NCBI GenBank assembly: GCA_951406725.2
Contig: OX597821.1
Span: 89,218,001 to 89,282,000 of the forward strand
Origin: Octopus vulgaris
Taxonomy: Eukaryota
Direction of reading: 5' to 3'
Length of the DNA stretch: 64,000 bases
The notes under the pieces are model-generated. The model ran no database searches. It saw only the letters and a list, made by a program, of their open reading frames with translations, and was not told where the DNA came from. A program made the position numbers and the translations under genes. Shown here piece after piece: positions 1 through 13,648 of this stretch (positions are counted from its first letter, which is position 1; every line of letters starts with the position of its first letter).

Positions 1-457
1 AGTTCATATGCAGCCTCGTTAAAGAGCGTGGCATTAGTTATGCTCTTGAAAACATTTCCAGCTGCGAGGAAATAAAGTTTACTGTGAGCCTAATAAATTA
101 ATATATTCTGCAATGTATAATCTAATGACTGAAAGTTTGCCATATACAGGCATAAATATACTGTAAGTTCTAGGGGTCTGGTTGTAGAAAACTGCCTTGA
201 GAATTAAATAGGGGTCATTTTTACTTTCATTCTCCAAAACACTTTATAAATCCGTCTGGGAGGGGAATTTTAGATTCCCTTGTTGATTGTTGAAAAAATA
301 GCCACCTATATCATTTTGAATCGACTGACTGAACATATACTGACGGAACTTGTGTGGCATCCAAACAAAGAGGAGAGCTGTAGATACAATATTTTTCACG
401 CTTGTAAATTTCAAGAGCAACGTGGAGTGAAAAACATTCTACTGTATCTTTGGTCAG

Positions 458-660
458 TTACTTCCTTTAGTCATTTGACTGCGGCCATGCTGTAGCTCCA
501 CCTTGTTATTTTAGCCGAATATATCAACCCCTGTACTTGGGTTTTTTTTAAAGACTGGTACTTACTCTATCGTTCGGTTTCCCCGAACTGCTAAGTTACA
601 GGGTCGTAAACATACCAACACAGGTTGTCAAGTGGTGGTGGGGGAAAACACACACACATA
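458..660 (-). mobile_element. tRNA-derived SINE family A, 3' half (old copy)
   Basis: agtcatttgactgcggccatgctg...ccgaactgctaagttacagg...ggttgtcaag matches the reverse complement of the family A 3' half. Confidence 0.8.
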
Positions 661-693
661 CATGCATTTATATTTGTATTTATGTATGTATAT

Positions 694-769
<76 letters not shown>

Positions 770-1478
770 TAGAGATGTGCGCGTACTCACTTTTCACGCG
801 AAAGCGGTTTCACCAATTGCTTTCATACTTGCGATGCATGAATAATTTGACCTCGGACGAACAAAAGGCTGTTCATTTGATTTTGTTTTATTTAAAATTA
901 TTAATAATAAAATATTGTTTTTTATATTATATTCACGTCTTTGAAAGTTTTTAAAATATTTACTTCCGGCTTTCTAGCCTCAGTGGCGTAACATATCTCT
1001 TTATGTATATCTCTCTATCCATCTTTCTCTATCTATCTCTATATCTCTGTAACATATCTCTCTATCTATATCTCGTTTTCACTTCCATTTTTCAGACGCT
1101 ATTCTTTTCACCTTCAATTTTCCTGCGCCATTGTTTAATTTCCAAGTTATTGTTTTCACTCTAAGTCTAAGTTTTCAGTCGCTATTTACAAACAAACAGC
1201 GACAAATTACTGACAAAAAGAAGTTCACAGTTTCTGATGTAAGTAATTTCATAACTTACTGACAGAAGTATCTTCATGCATTTCATTTTAATCCATACGG
1301 TTTTGTGTTTTTCTCTTGTTGGCGGTTTCTTTCTTGTTCCATCTTTGGTTCAATAAGCGACAAATTTCGCTTCATTAAAATTTCTTATTTACTTTCTGCC
1401 GGTCGTATTAAGAAACATAATTTCCGTTACCAAGTTATTTTCATTATTTGCCATCTTCTGCACTCGTGTAGTTCTGTA

Positions 1479-1531
<53 letters not shown>

Positions 1532-2235
1532 CCATGCCTAAGGCAAGTGTCAAATTTGTCTGCATAATTACAGATATTTGCCCCCACCCAAATTTCGATG
1601 ATCATAACTTTTAGAAAAATGGATATTTTTAAATAAAATTTTTTACCAATATGTGTTTTATCACGTAGATGCCGACTATATAAGTATTTGAAGGGGGAGT
1701 GTTTTATGAGGGGGCAGGGAATGTCTGAAAATTCACCAGAGTCTACTTCAATTCGTCGTAACTTTCAAGAAAGTGGATATTTTTTTTTAATGAAATTTTC
1801 TACAAATATACCACGGACTATGTAGATTCGGAGGACATAGGAATTTTGGGGAGAAAACAATTGGGGTTATTTTTGAGAACTGTTCCGCACTCGGTAGTGT
1901 TTCGGAACAAGTCATCCATATTTCTTTCATTTTCTCCGTTTTGTGAGTTTGGACATCCGTAGATTTCTGCTGAAGCAACAAACACATAATGAAGGCAAAT
2001 GAAATCCTCACCAGAAAAGTCGTTATGCTAAAAATAACATCTAAATTTTTCGTACACAGAAATATTTTATTAAGACGACATATCTGTTGCATACGATGTT
2101 TTTTTCACTTGAATTAAATGCCCAGGTAAACGTTTCTAATAGAAAGGCAGAAGACACCAGACGCGTCCAATAACACTATACTTGTTTTACATCCTCGCGT
2201 TTTTGTGTTTTCTCTTTGTGTTTTCATGTTTGGAT

Positions 2236-2327
<92 letters not shown>

Positions 2328-2374
2328 TTGTATTTAGGAATGGTCATTTTGCCAGTTTAGCCAATAAATATATA

Positions 2375-2540
2375 CATGACAGGTATCTTTCAGTTTCCAT
2401 CTACCACATCCACTCACAAGGCTTTGGTTGGCCCTAGGTTATAGTAGAAGATACTTGCACAATTTGCCACGCTGTGGAATTGAACCCTGAAACATGTGGT
2501 TGAGAAGCAATTTTCCTACCACATAGCGACGCCTCTGCCT
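2375..2540 (-). mobile_element. SINE family A, 5' half (old copy)
   Basis: ctttcagtttccatctacc...cactcacaaggctttgg...aaacatgtggttg...accacatagc matches the reverse complement of the family A head. Confidence 0.8.
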
Positions 2541-4834
2541 GAATTCTCTAAAGAATTCGACAACACGGATATTTTGTCGACGATTTTCTAAGATCGGGCT
2601 GCTTTGATGAATTTGTTGCTTTTCTACCTTTTCTACATGATCGTATAATGGTATGGGTTAATTCTAATACTACTCTCGCTGATCCATTCTCAACAGGAAA
2701 TGGAATAATAAAAAGAAATATTGTCACACGTATTCTATTCAGAATTTACTTTGCTGTATCAATATTAACTCTTGTATCTATATTTCAGCATCTCAATACT
2801 TTTGTTTAGTAGCTTAAAATATCATCTTTCCCTGCTAATCAAATATCGCATACCTTGGTACCGTCATTTTGCTAAACACCAGCATTGTTTTACGTCTTTG
2901 TACGTGTTATCTCCATAGGGAATAAATTTGCAGTAAGTATATTTCTAAGATATTACATTTGACGCTCAAAAATATACCATTTCTATTCTATACCAACTAA
3001 AACGTGCGAATACGTATACACAACGAAGGCGACTACTGTTGGTTGCTGGACATGTTTGAAATAGCAACCAAATCTCTCTGAAATCTCATCACTCTAAGTT
3101 ACAAAGAAAGGCCATACTGGGAGCTCTAACGTGCTGTTTAGCCTTGGTCAGCTTTGATTTAGTAGAATCATTGTCGTAAGCGTTTTATTCGCCATCACAC
3201 ATTTTGTCAGATGTAGTATAGCTTCTATTTTAGCTTTTTTTTTTAGGCGGAGACATATTTAACTTGAGGACATTAATGTCAATTTTTTATAGGTCCAGCA
3301 ACAACCTATGGACTTCCACATTGATTATAGGAAGCTTCGGTCAAGAATAGTGTGTGGTTTATAAATAACATCATTTATAAAGAGAATATCATACGTAGTT
3401 ATGAATAAACATGTACAATACTTATAATAAACTAGTATGATACCTTAAAATATACGAAAAATGATCAAATCCGTACCTAAATATTTTTTACAGAAACAAG
3501 AATTCAGCTAACTACATTCACATGACAGTTATCTTTATGCATATCATTAGTGCCAAGAATATAACGAACCAGCAAATGAGCTTTTACATGGCCACGCCAC
3601 CTGCTAGAAATAAGCAAATGTTTTCTCAAACGGTAACTTATATTTAAAATTGGTATACTGTATGGTGTAGTTTGAAACGAAAATATGATATAATCACGAT
3701 TGAAATCCCTTTGATTTGCTTGATTCCAGTGTTCAGAGATAAAAAGCGACGAAAATATATATTAGACGCCTGTTTTATTTACTTATCATTTAATTATATT
3801 GAAAACAAGTACAATGTGTGGAACATGATACACAAAAAAAGCAATATTTTAATAAGCTAATCAGAATTCCCATTTATTCGTAAAGACTTAAAGAAATGAA
3901 TAGGTAAAGGGAAATATAAAAACGGGGGCTTTTTTGGCTTATTTTGATAAGGCAAGTAATGATAACAAAATCTACGCATAATTCACAGAAAACATGTCTA
4001 AATTTTGTAATACATAGCAGACAGATTCTTCCTAAGAATATAACTCTCTCAAACCATATTTAGTTATTAAGAGAGGAAGACGAAAACAATAAAGCAATTA
4101 AATGTTCTGTCACCGAGTCTGCCAACGTTTGTAATGAATGTGCCAAAAGAGTGATCTTTGGCAGAAAAATACCATATTTTGACACAAAGTTTATCAGTTA
4201 TTCAAATAAATGTAATAGTTAATACTGAAATGAGGAACATAAACACATATAGTCTCAAGAAAACTAACGTGTTACTGTCAGCGTTATAACATACTAGTAA
4301 AAGATAATAAATTACAAAAGTACTAAAACAAATCAACTAAAAACACAATATTAAGGTAATATGCTGTATGACAAAAGTGTACTTGAAAGAATGTCTTTAC
4401 ATCTTTCTAATAACAAGCTCAACTAGACACCGCTATTAGCAGGTAACACAGAATAGTGAGCAACAAAAATCGAACATTACTCAGAGACACAATCTGCTGT
4501 ATTAAAATATCAGGTACACATTACATTATGCAGTCTATCAAAAGACAGGTTTATCACTACTAGAGTACCAGTATGTATGTATTTCTGTTTGTTTGTACGT
4601 ATGTACATATGTATGTATTTATGTTTGTTTGTTTGTACGTGTGTACTTATGAATATTATATATATATATATCTATATATATATATATATATATAAATAAT
4701 AATAAATATTAGGGAATAAATCCAAATTTACAGGGAAAAATTAGATTTAGGATTGAATCCAATTTTATAGTAAAATATTATATAATATTAATTAGAGACA
4801 AAACCACTATTATGCAAATCAAACAAAGAAAGTC

Positions 4835-4892
<58 letters not shown>

Positions 4893-5419
4893 GTATGTAT
4901 GTATGTATGTATGTATGTATGTACGTATGTATGTATGTATGTATGTAAACAGAGTTAGCGGTTGTAGTAACTGACGAAAGGTTAAAATATCCGTATATAC
5001 TTTCAATGTCCGTTACCTGTATTATCCACGGGCGATGGTGTGCAGGCACACCATACACGTCGACTGCAGGTAACAACAGGATAAACAAGAGTTTATCAGG
5101 AACCAATGCAAATAATTAGAAAATGGAGAAAACCATAGATTAACAAACACACCAATTAGACCACATTTATAGCTTATTTATTAATACAAAGCATGGCGAA
5201 ACAAATCTTACACCCGTTTCTAATCCGATTGCCAGAATGTAGTCTAGACATAAATGCGACAATAAAATTCTTCATCTTCATAGGGCATTCGAATTAAGGC
5301 AACGGATCTTTGTCAGAGTGAAAAACAAGAGCATACCATATGAACAAAAGGAAGAAGGAAAAAGAAAGGAAGCAATCGATGTGTTTGTTAATCTATGGTT
5401 TTCTTCATTTTCTAATTAC

Positions 5420-5521
<102 letters not shown>

Positions 5522-5652
5522 TCAAATGAATAATAACAGATGATAGATAATTGTCAGCTCATTGCAACTGTTACTTACGCACTTTTTAATGAGAACATTA
5601 CTTCATCAGATGAAACATAATTTTACAAGAATATTCTTAGAATACGTACAAA

Positions 5653-6055
5653 GAGGCATGGCTGTGTAGTAAGAAGCTTGCTTTCCAACCACATGGTTCC
5701 GTGTTAAGTCCCTCTGCGTCGCACTTTTGGTAGGTGTCTTCTACTGTAGCCTCGGGTCGACCAAAGCCTTGTGAGTGGAATTAGTAGAATTCCGTCGTAT
5801 ATTTATATATTTATATGTACATAGCTATTTATGCATGTTTTTTTTTGCTGAATTTGCCCCTCCCCTATCACCGATCGAAAACCGAAGACGGTGTGTTTAC
5901 ATCCCCGTAACTTAGCGGTTCGGCAAAAATGACCAATAAAATAAGTACTAGGCCAAACGAATACATTTAGCGTCGATCGGTTCGAATAAATCTTTCAAGG
6001 CGGTGCTCCAGCAAGGCTGCAGTCAAATTACTGAAACAAGTAAAAGAATAAAAGG
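5653..6055 (+). mobile_element. SINE family A, diverged near full-length copy
   Basis: tggctgtgtagtaagaagc head, tRNA-like box region, and ggcggtgctccagca...ctgaaacaagtaaaaga tail. Confidence 0.85.
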
Positions 6056-6068
6056 ATATATATATATA

Positions 6069-6272
6069 TTACAATTACTCAATAGTCAAGATAAAACTCT
6101 GAGTTTCAGATGCCAAAGTGGAAATCAACAACACCATCTCTTCGGTTTTATCTTGACTATTGAATAATTGTAACATATTTTTTTACAGATAAAGAGATGG
6201 CCAGATAACCGAAGAGATGGTGTTGTGGATTTCCACTTCGGCATCTGAAACTCAGAGTTTTATCTTGACTAT
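6069..6272. mobile_element. Fold-back element in (TA)n whose arms carry hammerhead-like motifs (PLE pLTR-like)
   Basis: 6082-6147 is the reverse complement of 6207-6272 with 2 mismatches. The right arm reads agataa-CCGAAGA-gatg...catc-t-GAAA-ctc a gag-TT-ttatct. Confidence 0.7.
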
Positions 6273-6273
6273 A

Positions 6274-6336
<63 letters not shown>

Positions 6337-6353
6337 TTAATATCTATATATAT

Positions 6354-6420
<67 letters not shown>

Positions 6421-7217
6421 TTGGTACAGGACGTCACCAACAGTAAACAACATGAAATACGAAAGTAAATGAGTTCAACACGCAAACAACGAAGCAAATG
6501 GAGAACAAGACAAGTAACATAAGAAACGACCCTTCATCAATTCTCGGTTGTCTATCTACTCCGCATTTCGAGCATTGAACGGCGTATGTATACACATACA
6601 CCTCTTTGGGAGGTCACTAGTTCATGTTGTTACGGTTGCATCAGCTTTCTGAGGTCGTAGATCACTCTAGTCATACTTATATACTTCCTAAAAGCATATT
6701 CCATTAATCTGACTTGCAAACAAGACCGTCACGTGAAATCCAAAATTTTAATAAGTCTTGTTAGGGAAGCCAGGAAAATGCATCACTGGATATTGTTCGG
6801 CTCCCGGACAAAAGGATAACAACATGCGGAATAAATGTTACGAGATACAGTGCTTTCTTGCCCTTAGAACACATTCAAGAACAAGCACACAAGAAGGAAG
6901 GTAAATTGCCCAAGAACGAGACGGGCTTACACGAACCCACAACATATTTTCGATATATACGACGAAGAGGTTTACATCACTCGAAAGATAAATGAGAGAG
7001 CGATCATGATTTTTTTTTAAAACAGAACAAGATGGAGTGGGTAAGGAAATGAGTTGTATCACAGATCACACTAAAACCTACCATTAACGGGTGGCAATAA
7101 TTTGTACAGAAAATAGTCAAACGTATAGCAACTAGGAAAAGCGGATGTTAAAACACATTACATGCCATTTATGATGATATGTAGAGCGCCGCGTCTCGGG
7201 CGGGAAAAAAGAAAACA

Positions 7218-7627
7218 GGTGCAGGAGTGGCTGTGTGGTAAGTAGCTTGCTTACCAACCACATGGTTCCGATTTCAGTCCCACTGTATGGCACCTTGGGC
7301 AAGTGTCTTCTACTATAGCCTCGGGCCGACCAAAGCCTTGTAAGTTGATTTGGTAGACGGGAACTGAAAGAAGCCCGTCGTATATATGTATATATATATG
7401 TATGTGAGTGTATGTTTGTGTGTCTGTATTTGTCTCCCTAGCATTGCTTGACAACCGATGCTGGTGTGTTTGTGTCCCCGTCACTGAGCGGTTCGGCAAA
7501 AAAGAGACCGATAGAATAAGTACTGGGCTTACAAAGAATAAGTCCCGGGGTCGAGTTGCTCGACTAAAGGTGGTGCTCCAGCATGGCCGAAGTCAACTGA
7601 CTGAAACAAGTAAAAGAGTAAAAGAGT
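7218..7627 (+). mobile_element. SINE family A, full-length young copy
   Basis: ggtgcaggagtggctgtgtggtaagtagc...ggttccgatttcagtccc (tRNA A/B-box-like), internal (TA)/(TG) tract, and a (gtaaaaga)n tail. Confidence 0.9.
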
Positions 7628-8059
7628 ATATTAATGGAAAGGAGGAGGGGGAGGGGGAGGAGGAGGGGGAGGGGAGGAGGGCAACGAGGTTGAAGTGAAG
7701 TGTGCAGTTGTGTGTACATTATATTACTTTGCCAGAAAATCTGAGTGTGAAAAGTTAAAGTCCGTATGGACCTATAATGTAAATAGCCGATGTTCAACAA
7801 ACATTGAAGAGTCATGGGTATATATCACATAGAGAGTGGGGGGGGGGGCGGCGGAAACCGACAAAATATATGGAGTGAAGTGTTGAAGCTCCAATCGAGA
7901 AATCTTTACCTTCAACATGGCTGAGATAGAGTGTCATACGCCACCAGGAGTAAATCTAATGATTAAGGGATAATGAAGACCATGATTGTTGAAGCCCATG
8001 CTCACATACAAACACATGCACATACATGCACATACACACACACACACAACTGCAAACAC

Positions 8060-8099
<40 letters not shown>

Positions 8100-8280
8100 A
8101 TACGTACACACAATCACGCGCGATCATAAGGTTGAAATTATTCTAGATTAGATGGTTTGGTCATGGGAGTTAAGTTTCTGTGTTGTTCTTGAAATGTTTC
8201 ACTGACATGCTTACTGATCACTCTTGCATCGGAACTAATGCACCATATAATTACATTGATAAATACATACATGCACACAC

Positions 8281-8338
<58 letters not shown>

Positions 8339-8470
8339 GCACACACAGAAATATACAAATATACATATACATGCATATATAAATATATAAACACACAGTG
8401 CCTATGCGTAAATATATATATATATATCAATACATACATACATGTTATATATATATATATATACATATAC

Positions 8471-8511
<41 letters not shown>

Positions 8512-8630
8512 CACACACAGAAATATACAAATATACATATACATGCATATGTAAATATATAAACACACACGTGCCTATGCGTAAATATATATATATATAT
8601 ATCAATACATACATACATGTATATATATAT

Positions 8631-8681
<51 letters not shown>

Positions 8682-9242
8682 TGTATATGTGTGTATATAT
8701 ATATGCATGTATGTGTGTATATATATATGTGTGTGTATGTGCGTGTGTGATTATGTATGCTTATATGCATACGTGATGTATGAATAGACAAGTTTATTTA
8801 TACATGTGTGTTGTATACGGATGTACGTGTGGATGTTTAGATAAATGCAATTTGTAAACAGGTTGGCTCTCAGGTCAGTTGCTGCAGGGAAACAAATGTT
8901 GGGCGCAGACACACACAGCCACAAAGTCGAGAACACGTTGAGATTATTTCTTTATTTTTCTCTCTCTTTTACTCTCTTGTTCACACGCACGCACATGCAT
9001 ACGCATACATACACACAATTACACACACACACACACACGCACACACATATCCAGATGGATTACCGAATAAATAGATCACAAGCTTGTCAGACAAATTCTA
9101 TAGATTGTTGATTAGACAAATGGCTCAAGAGTTTCGGAGATCAATGCATCCATTGAAAACAATCTCAAACAGAAGCAACGACACAACTATCGCCATCACT
9201 AACGCCATCAATGCGACGATGACGACGACCACTGATTCCACG

Positions 9243-9274
<32 letters not shown>

Positions 9275-9595
9275 CAGAAAGAAAAACAAGTAACTGATGA
9301 TATCAATACGCATTGATATATTGATGTCGGGATGGATCACTTAGATAAATTGGCAAATTGATAAATAAACTGAAAACAGAGAAAGAGAGAGAGAGAGAGA
9401 GAGAGGGTGGTTGGGAAGTGGAGAGAAGTGAGAAACAGAGTCGTATACAGATGAGGGAAAAAACACGGGGCTGGAGATTCAAAAAGGGACGGAGACAAGA
9501 ACGTACACCCACCAACACATATACTTCGTATAAAATACAAACACATAGATATTATACGACGTGTGTGTGTATTATATATATATATATATACATAC

Positions 9596-9675
<80 letters not shown>

Positions 9676-9752
9676 GTATATATAAATATACATATATAGA
9701 TAGATAGATGTGTGGGTATATAGGTATATATGCATGCATGTGTTTATATATA

Positions 9753-9926
9753 GGGGCGGCAGAGGCTGTGTGGTAAAACGATTCCTTCCCAACCACATTG
9801 TTCCGGGTTCAGCCCCACTGCGTCGTACCTTTGGAAGGTGTCTTCTACTATAGCCTCGGGCTGACCAAAGCCTTCTGAGTAGAATTGGCAGACGGAAACT
9901 GAAAGAAGCCCGTTGTATATATATAA

Positions 9927-9977
<51 letters not shown>

Positions 9978-10147
9978 CATCTGTATATGCTTGTGTCTGT
10001 CTGTGTTTGTCCCCCACCATCACTTGACAACCGATAGAATAAGTACTAGGCTTACAAAGAATAAGTCCTGGGGTTGATTTGTTCGACTATAGGCGGTGCT
10101 CCGGCATGACCGCGGTCAAATGACTGAAACAAGTAAAAGAATAAAAG
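9753..10147 (+). mobile_element. SINE family A with internal ~53-bp deletion
   Basis: Family A head and tail are present, but gacaaccgat runs directly into agaataagtact. Confidence 0.85.
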
Positions 10148-10251
10148 TGTATGTAAATATATATTATATATATACACGCACATACATATATATCTATGTA
10201 AATATGTATATATATATACATGTATATATATATGTGCATGTGTATATATGC

Positions 10252-10300
<49 letters not shown>

Positions 10301-11331
10301 TACATATATAACGGACGATACATAGAAATCTAGAAAGGAAAGAAAACTTCAGATTGAGATAAAGCAGTGTGTGTGATGAAGATGGAAAAAATCTCTAAAA
10401 TTGATGGAGATTATATTATCTACACAAGTTAATGATTTGTCAATATTATATTCCTGTAATGCCACTTTCAAAAATCAGATTTGTTTCAGTCTAAATGGGG
10501 TTCTAATTTTGACTATCTTCTTAATATCATTTGCTAAAACATCCTTCTGGAGCTTTCTAATGTCTATTTTTTTCCCTTTTCTTTTCTTATTTTTTATTTC
10601 TGTTTTTTTCTTTTTGTCTTTTTTTGCCTTTTTTTTGCAGTAGTTTTGGTTCCTGCAAAAAAAAAAGAAGGACAAAACAGAAATGCAAATAACCGTGTCA
10701 GTTGTATGTTTGTAGCGTTCAAGATTAAGCAGATATTTAATCTTTTGTCGTAAATTTACTTTTCCGCTTTCATATTTACACCTGAGATTCAGTCAATGTA
10801 TTCGCTATCAGTTTTTTCCGGTGTAATAATAATCCGTTCTACACATGACACAATGCCAGAATCTTGCGGGAATGGGGCAAGTTGATTGCATCGACCCTGG
10901 TGCTCTGTTGGTACTTATTTTATCGACCCTGAAAAGATGAAAGGAAAACATACATTCGGAGGTATTTGAACTCGGAACATAGAGAGCCAGAAGCAAAAAA
11001 AAACTGTCGCTGAGCATTTTATCCCCTTTGGCTCCAATTCTACCAGTTCGCCACCTCAATAATTTAATCATTTCAAATTTTTGCTACAAGGGCAGTATGG
11101 GGTGGGGGGATTTGTTGATTATATTAACTCCAGTGTTCAACTGGTGTTTATTTTAGCGACTCCTCCAAAAGGATTAAGGGCAAAGTCGACCTCGGTGGAA
11201 TTTTAACTCAGAACGTAGCGATGGATAAAATACCGCTAAGCATTTCGTCCATTGTGCTAACGATCTGCCAGCTCGCCGCCTTAGTAAAGGCACAAGAACT
11301 ATAAAATTTAGATGAGGGGACTAATCAATTA

Positions 11332-11898
11332 TTGGGTTGTCCGGAAAGTTCATGCCGATTTATAGTAGCTTATCTTTCGATTTATTTTAGAACATGGTTG
11401 AGTCCATAAAATAGGATTTGACTACACCTCCATTTAGAGCACAGTTTAAGCTATCTTTTCGTGGAAGAAGATTTATGTTCCTACAACCTGTGTTAATTCT
11501 GTAACCCTTTAAAATGGAAGATAAGAAAGTTCATTTTCGGCTACTTGATGCTTTGGGAACCAGACAAAAATTGCTGCAACTCGGCTGGGATGTGTTACCC
11601 CACCCTCCATATTCACCAGATATTGCTCCTTCGGATTTCCACTTATTCAGGTCTCTGCAGAATAGTCTTAATGGTAAAAATTTCAGTTCCTTGGATGACG
11701 TAAAAAGATACCTTGATGAATTCTTTGCCATGAAACCACCTCAATTCTGGGAAGAGGGTATTTTCAAGTTAAAGGAAAGATGGAGACGCATTGTGCAACA
11801 AAGTAGTTCATATTTAGTTGATTAAAAATGTAATCGCAAGTATTTATTAACCTTTTTCTTTCCTTTAAAAATCGACACGAACTTTCCGGACAATCCAA
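11332..11898 (+). mobile_element. Internally deleted mariner element (567 bp) with TIRs and TA target duplication, nested in SINE B
   Basis: TIRs ttgggttgtccggaaagttcatgccgattt / aaatcgacacgaactttccggacaatccaa. TA at 11330-11331 and 11899-11900. Confidence 0.92.
11514..11825 (+). pseudogene. Mariner transposase remnant ORF (N-terminal residues fused to C-terminal catalytic region)
   Basis: GWDVLPHPPYSPDIAPSDFHLFRSLQNSL contains the mariner YSPDLAPSD motif. Confidence 0.9.
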
Positions 11899-12495
11899 TA
11901 CATCGACCCCACTACTTCACTGATACTTAGTTTATCGATCCCGAGAGCATGAAAGGCAAAGACGACGTTGCTATGCATTTCGTCGAGAGTGCTAACGTTT
12001 CTGCAAGTTCACCGCTTTCTTAATAATGATAATAATCCTTTCTACTAAAGGCACACGGCCTGAACTTTTGGTGGATGGGACTTGTCGATTACATCGACCC
12101 CAGTAGTGCTTAATTTATCGATACCGAAAGAAAGTCGGCCTCAGCGGAATTTGAACTCAAAACTTAAAGACGAACGAAATGACGCGAAGCATTTTGCTCA
12201 GAGGGCTAACGACTCTGCTAGCTCGGCGATTTGTATAATAGCAATAATAATTATAATACTCCTCTCTACTATAAGCACAAGACCTGAAACTTTGGAGGAA
12301 GAGCTATTCGATTTCATCGACCCCAGTACGTAATTGGTGCTTATTTCATCGATTCCAAAAGGATGAAAGGCAAATTCAACTTCTTTGGAATTTGGACTCA
12401 GAACATGAAGACGGACGAAATGGCGCGATACATTTTGCCAGGTGTGCTAAAAATTCTGCCAGCTTGGAAGAAAAAGGTAATTAAAATTTATTAAA

Positions 12496-13045
12496 ATGAC
12501 AGATCTATCGGACTTTCGATGAGGTCAAATTGTTGGTGCTCATATGGCAGGCGCTAGCATAACGATAACAGCCGAAATGTTTGTTGTATCAAGAAGTACG
12601 GTCTCGAAGGTTATGACAGCCTTTGAGAAAGAGAGAAATACCTCCTCGTCGAAGCAAAACTCCGGAAGAAAATTAAAACTTTCAGATAGGGACCGACGAA
12701 ATCTTACGCGAATTGTTATAAAGGATCACAAAAGTACAGCTCCCAAAATTACTGCAAAGCCTAAGGTTAACTTGGAAATCCAGTTTCCACAAAATCTCTT
12801 CGCCGAGAGCTGCACAAAGTCAGGTTTCACGGGAGGGTTGCAATCAGAAAACCACTACTTTCAAAAACGAACGTTGAAAATCGTTTAGAGGGGAATAAAA
12901 CACTACAGAATTGGTCCCTATAGCAGTGTAAGAATTATTTTCTCGGACGAGTCATCCTTTACCTTATTTCCGACCACCGGCCGATTATACGTGTGGAGAT
13001 ATCCAAAAGAAGCATTTGACCCAGACTGCCATCTTCCAACATTGA
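12496..13045 (+). pseudogene. Tc1-like transposase remnant (HTH region to first catalytic D)
   Basis: GQIVGA-MAGASITITAEMFVVSRSTVSKVM...SGRKLKLSDRDRRNLTRIV, followed downstream by ttctcggacgagtca (FSDES). Contains frameshifts. Confidence 0.8.
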
Positions 13046-13049
13046 ACGC

Positions 13050-13648
13050 TTCCATTGACTTGATTGCTACTTCGTTTACGAGTCATAGCTTTCGTCAGCA
13101 GCGATGACCTTTGAAAAAGGGCTCCGTTTTGTTCTTCCGTTAGCAAGCGAGGCACAAATTTTGCTGCAACTCTTTTCGTTCGCAATTCCTCTTTCATGAT
13201 TCGTTGGAAGGAGCTCCAGGATACACCGGTCATATCAACAGTTTCGTCAATTTTTCGACGACGGCCTTCCAAGATCAGTTCACAAATTTTCGTGATGTCT
13301 TCATTCGGGTGGTTGACGGTCGCTCTGAACGAGGTTGGTCTTCAATTAACAATTGACCATTCCTAAAGCGTGAAAACCACTCGTAAACTTATGTTTTGCT
13401 CAAGGCAGCGTCTTTCTAAGTTGTTTGAAGCAGGACAACTGTTTTGGCCGCTGTATTAACCCGGAGAAAACAGAATTTCACAGAAGCAAAACAAAGATAC
13501 ACTGCGTGGAAGTACGACTCCACTGAACGACACCGGTCTGTCGGCTGATGCCTGAGGGTCGCATCAAGTGGCTTCTAGTAGCGGATTCCTGAACTACAAC
13601 GTGCTTGTCCCACAGAGAACGTTTCCGGTTACTTTTGGGTACCCCTCG
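13050..13648 (-). mobile_element. Mariner element, 5' portion (degenerate)
   Basis: VSWSSFQRIMKEELRTKRVAAKFVPRLLTEEQ (WVPxxL-like linker). Terminus tacgaggggtacccaaaagtaaccggaaac on the minus strand. Confidence 0.8.

Larger units (their letters stand above)
10830..12465 (-). mobile_element. Cluster of ~5 same-orientation tRNA-derived SINE family B copies
   Basis: Repeated catcgacccc...ggtacttattttatcgacc...atgaaaggcaaagtcgacctcggcggaatttgaactcagaacg...gctaacg..ctgccagctcgccgcc modules. Confidence 0.8.

Noticed and set aside
5555-5620. Minus-strand CTGATGA with gtaatg/catta stem
   Set aside because: GAAA and stem III are not recoverable; too degenerate to call.
6420-6590. TA-flanked fragment with TTGATGAAGGG and CGAAA, similar to 52870-53030
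   Set aside because: The motif order and pairing do not give a convincing hammerhead. It is probably a repeat end but unclassifiable by eye.
8332-8620. ~178-bp duplicated microsatellite-rich block (similar case at 28998-29180)
   Set aside because: Ordinary slippage or unequal exchange within simple repeats.
8840-9170. Non-repetitive islands with FOX-like sites (tgtaaaca, aaacaaat) as possible enhancers
   Set aside because: Short motifs are expected by chance in AT-rich DNA; conservation data would be needed.
8138-10323. Numerous [10 protein letters not shown] ORFs here and throughout the window
   Set aside because: Stop-free frames of (TA)n, (CA)n and (ATAG)n microsatellites and SINEs; not genes.
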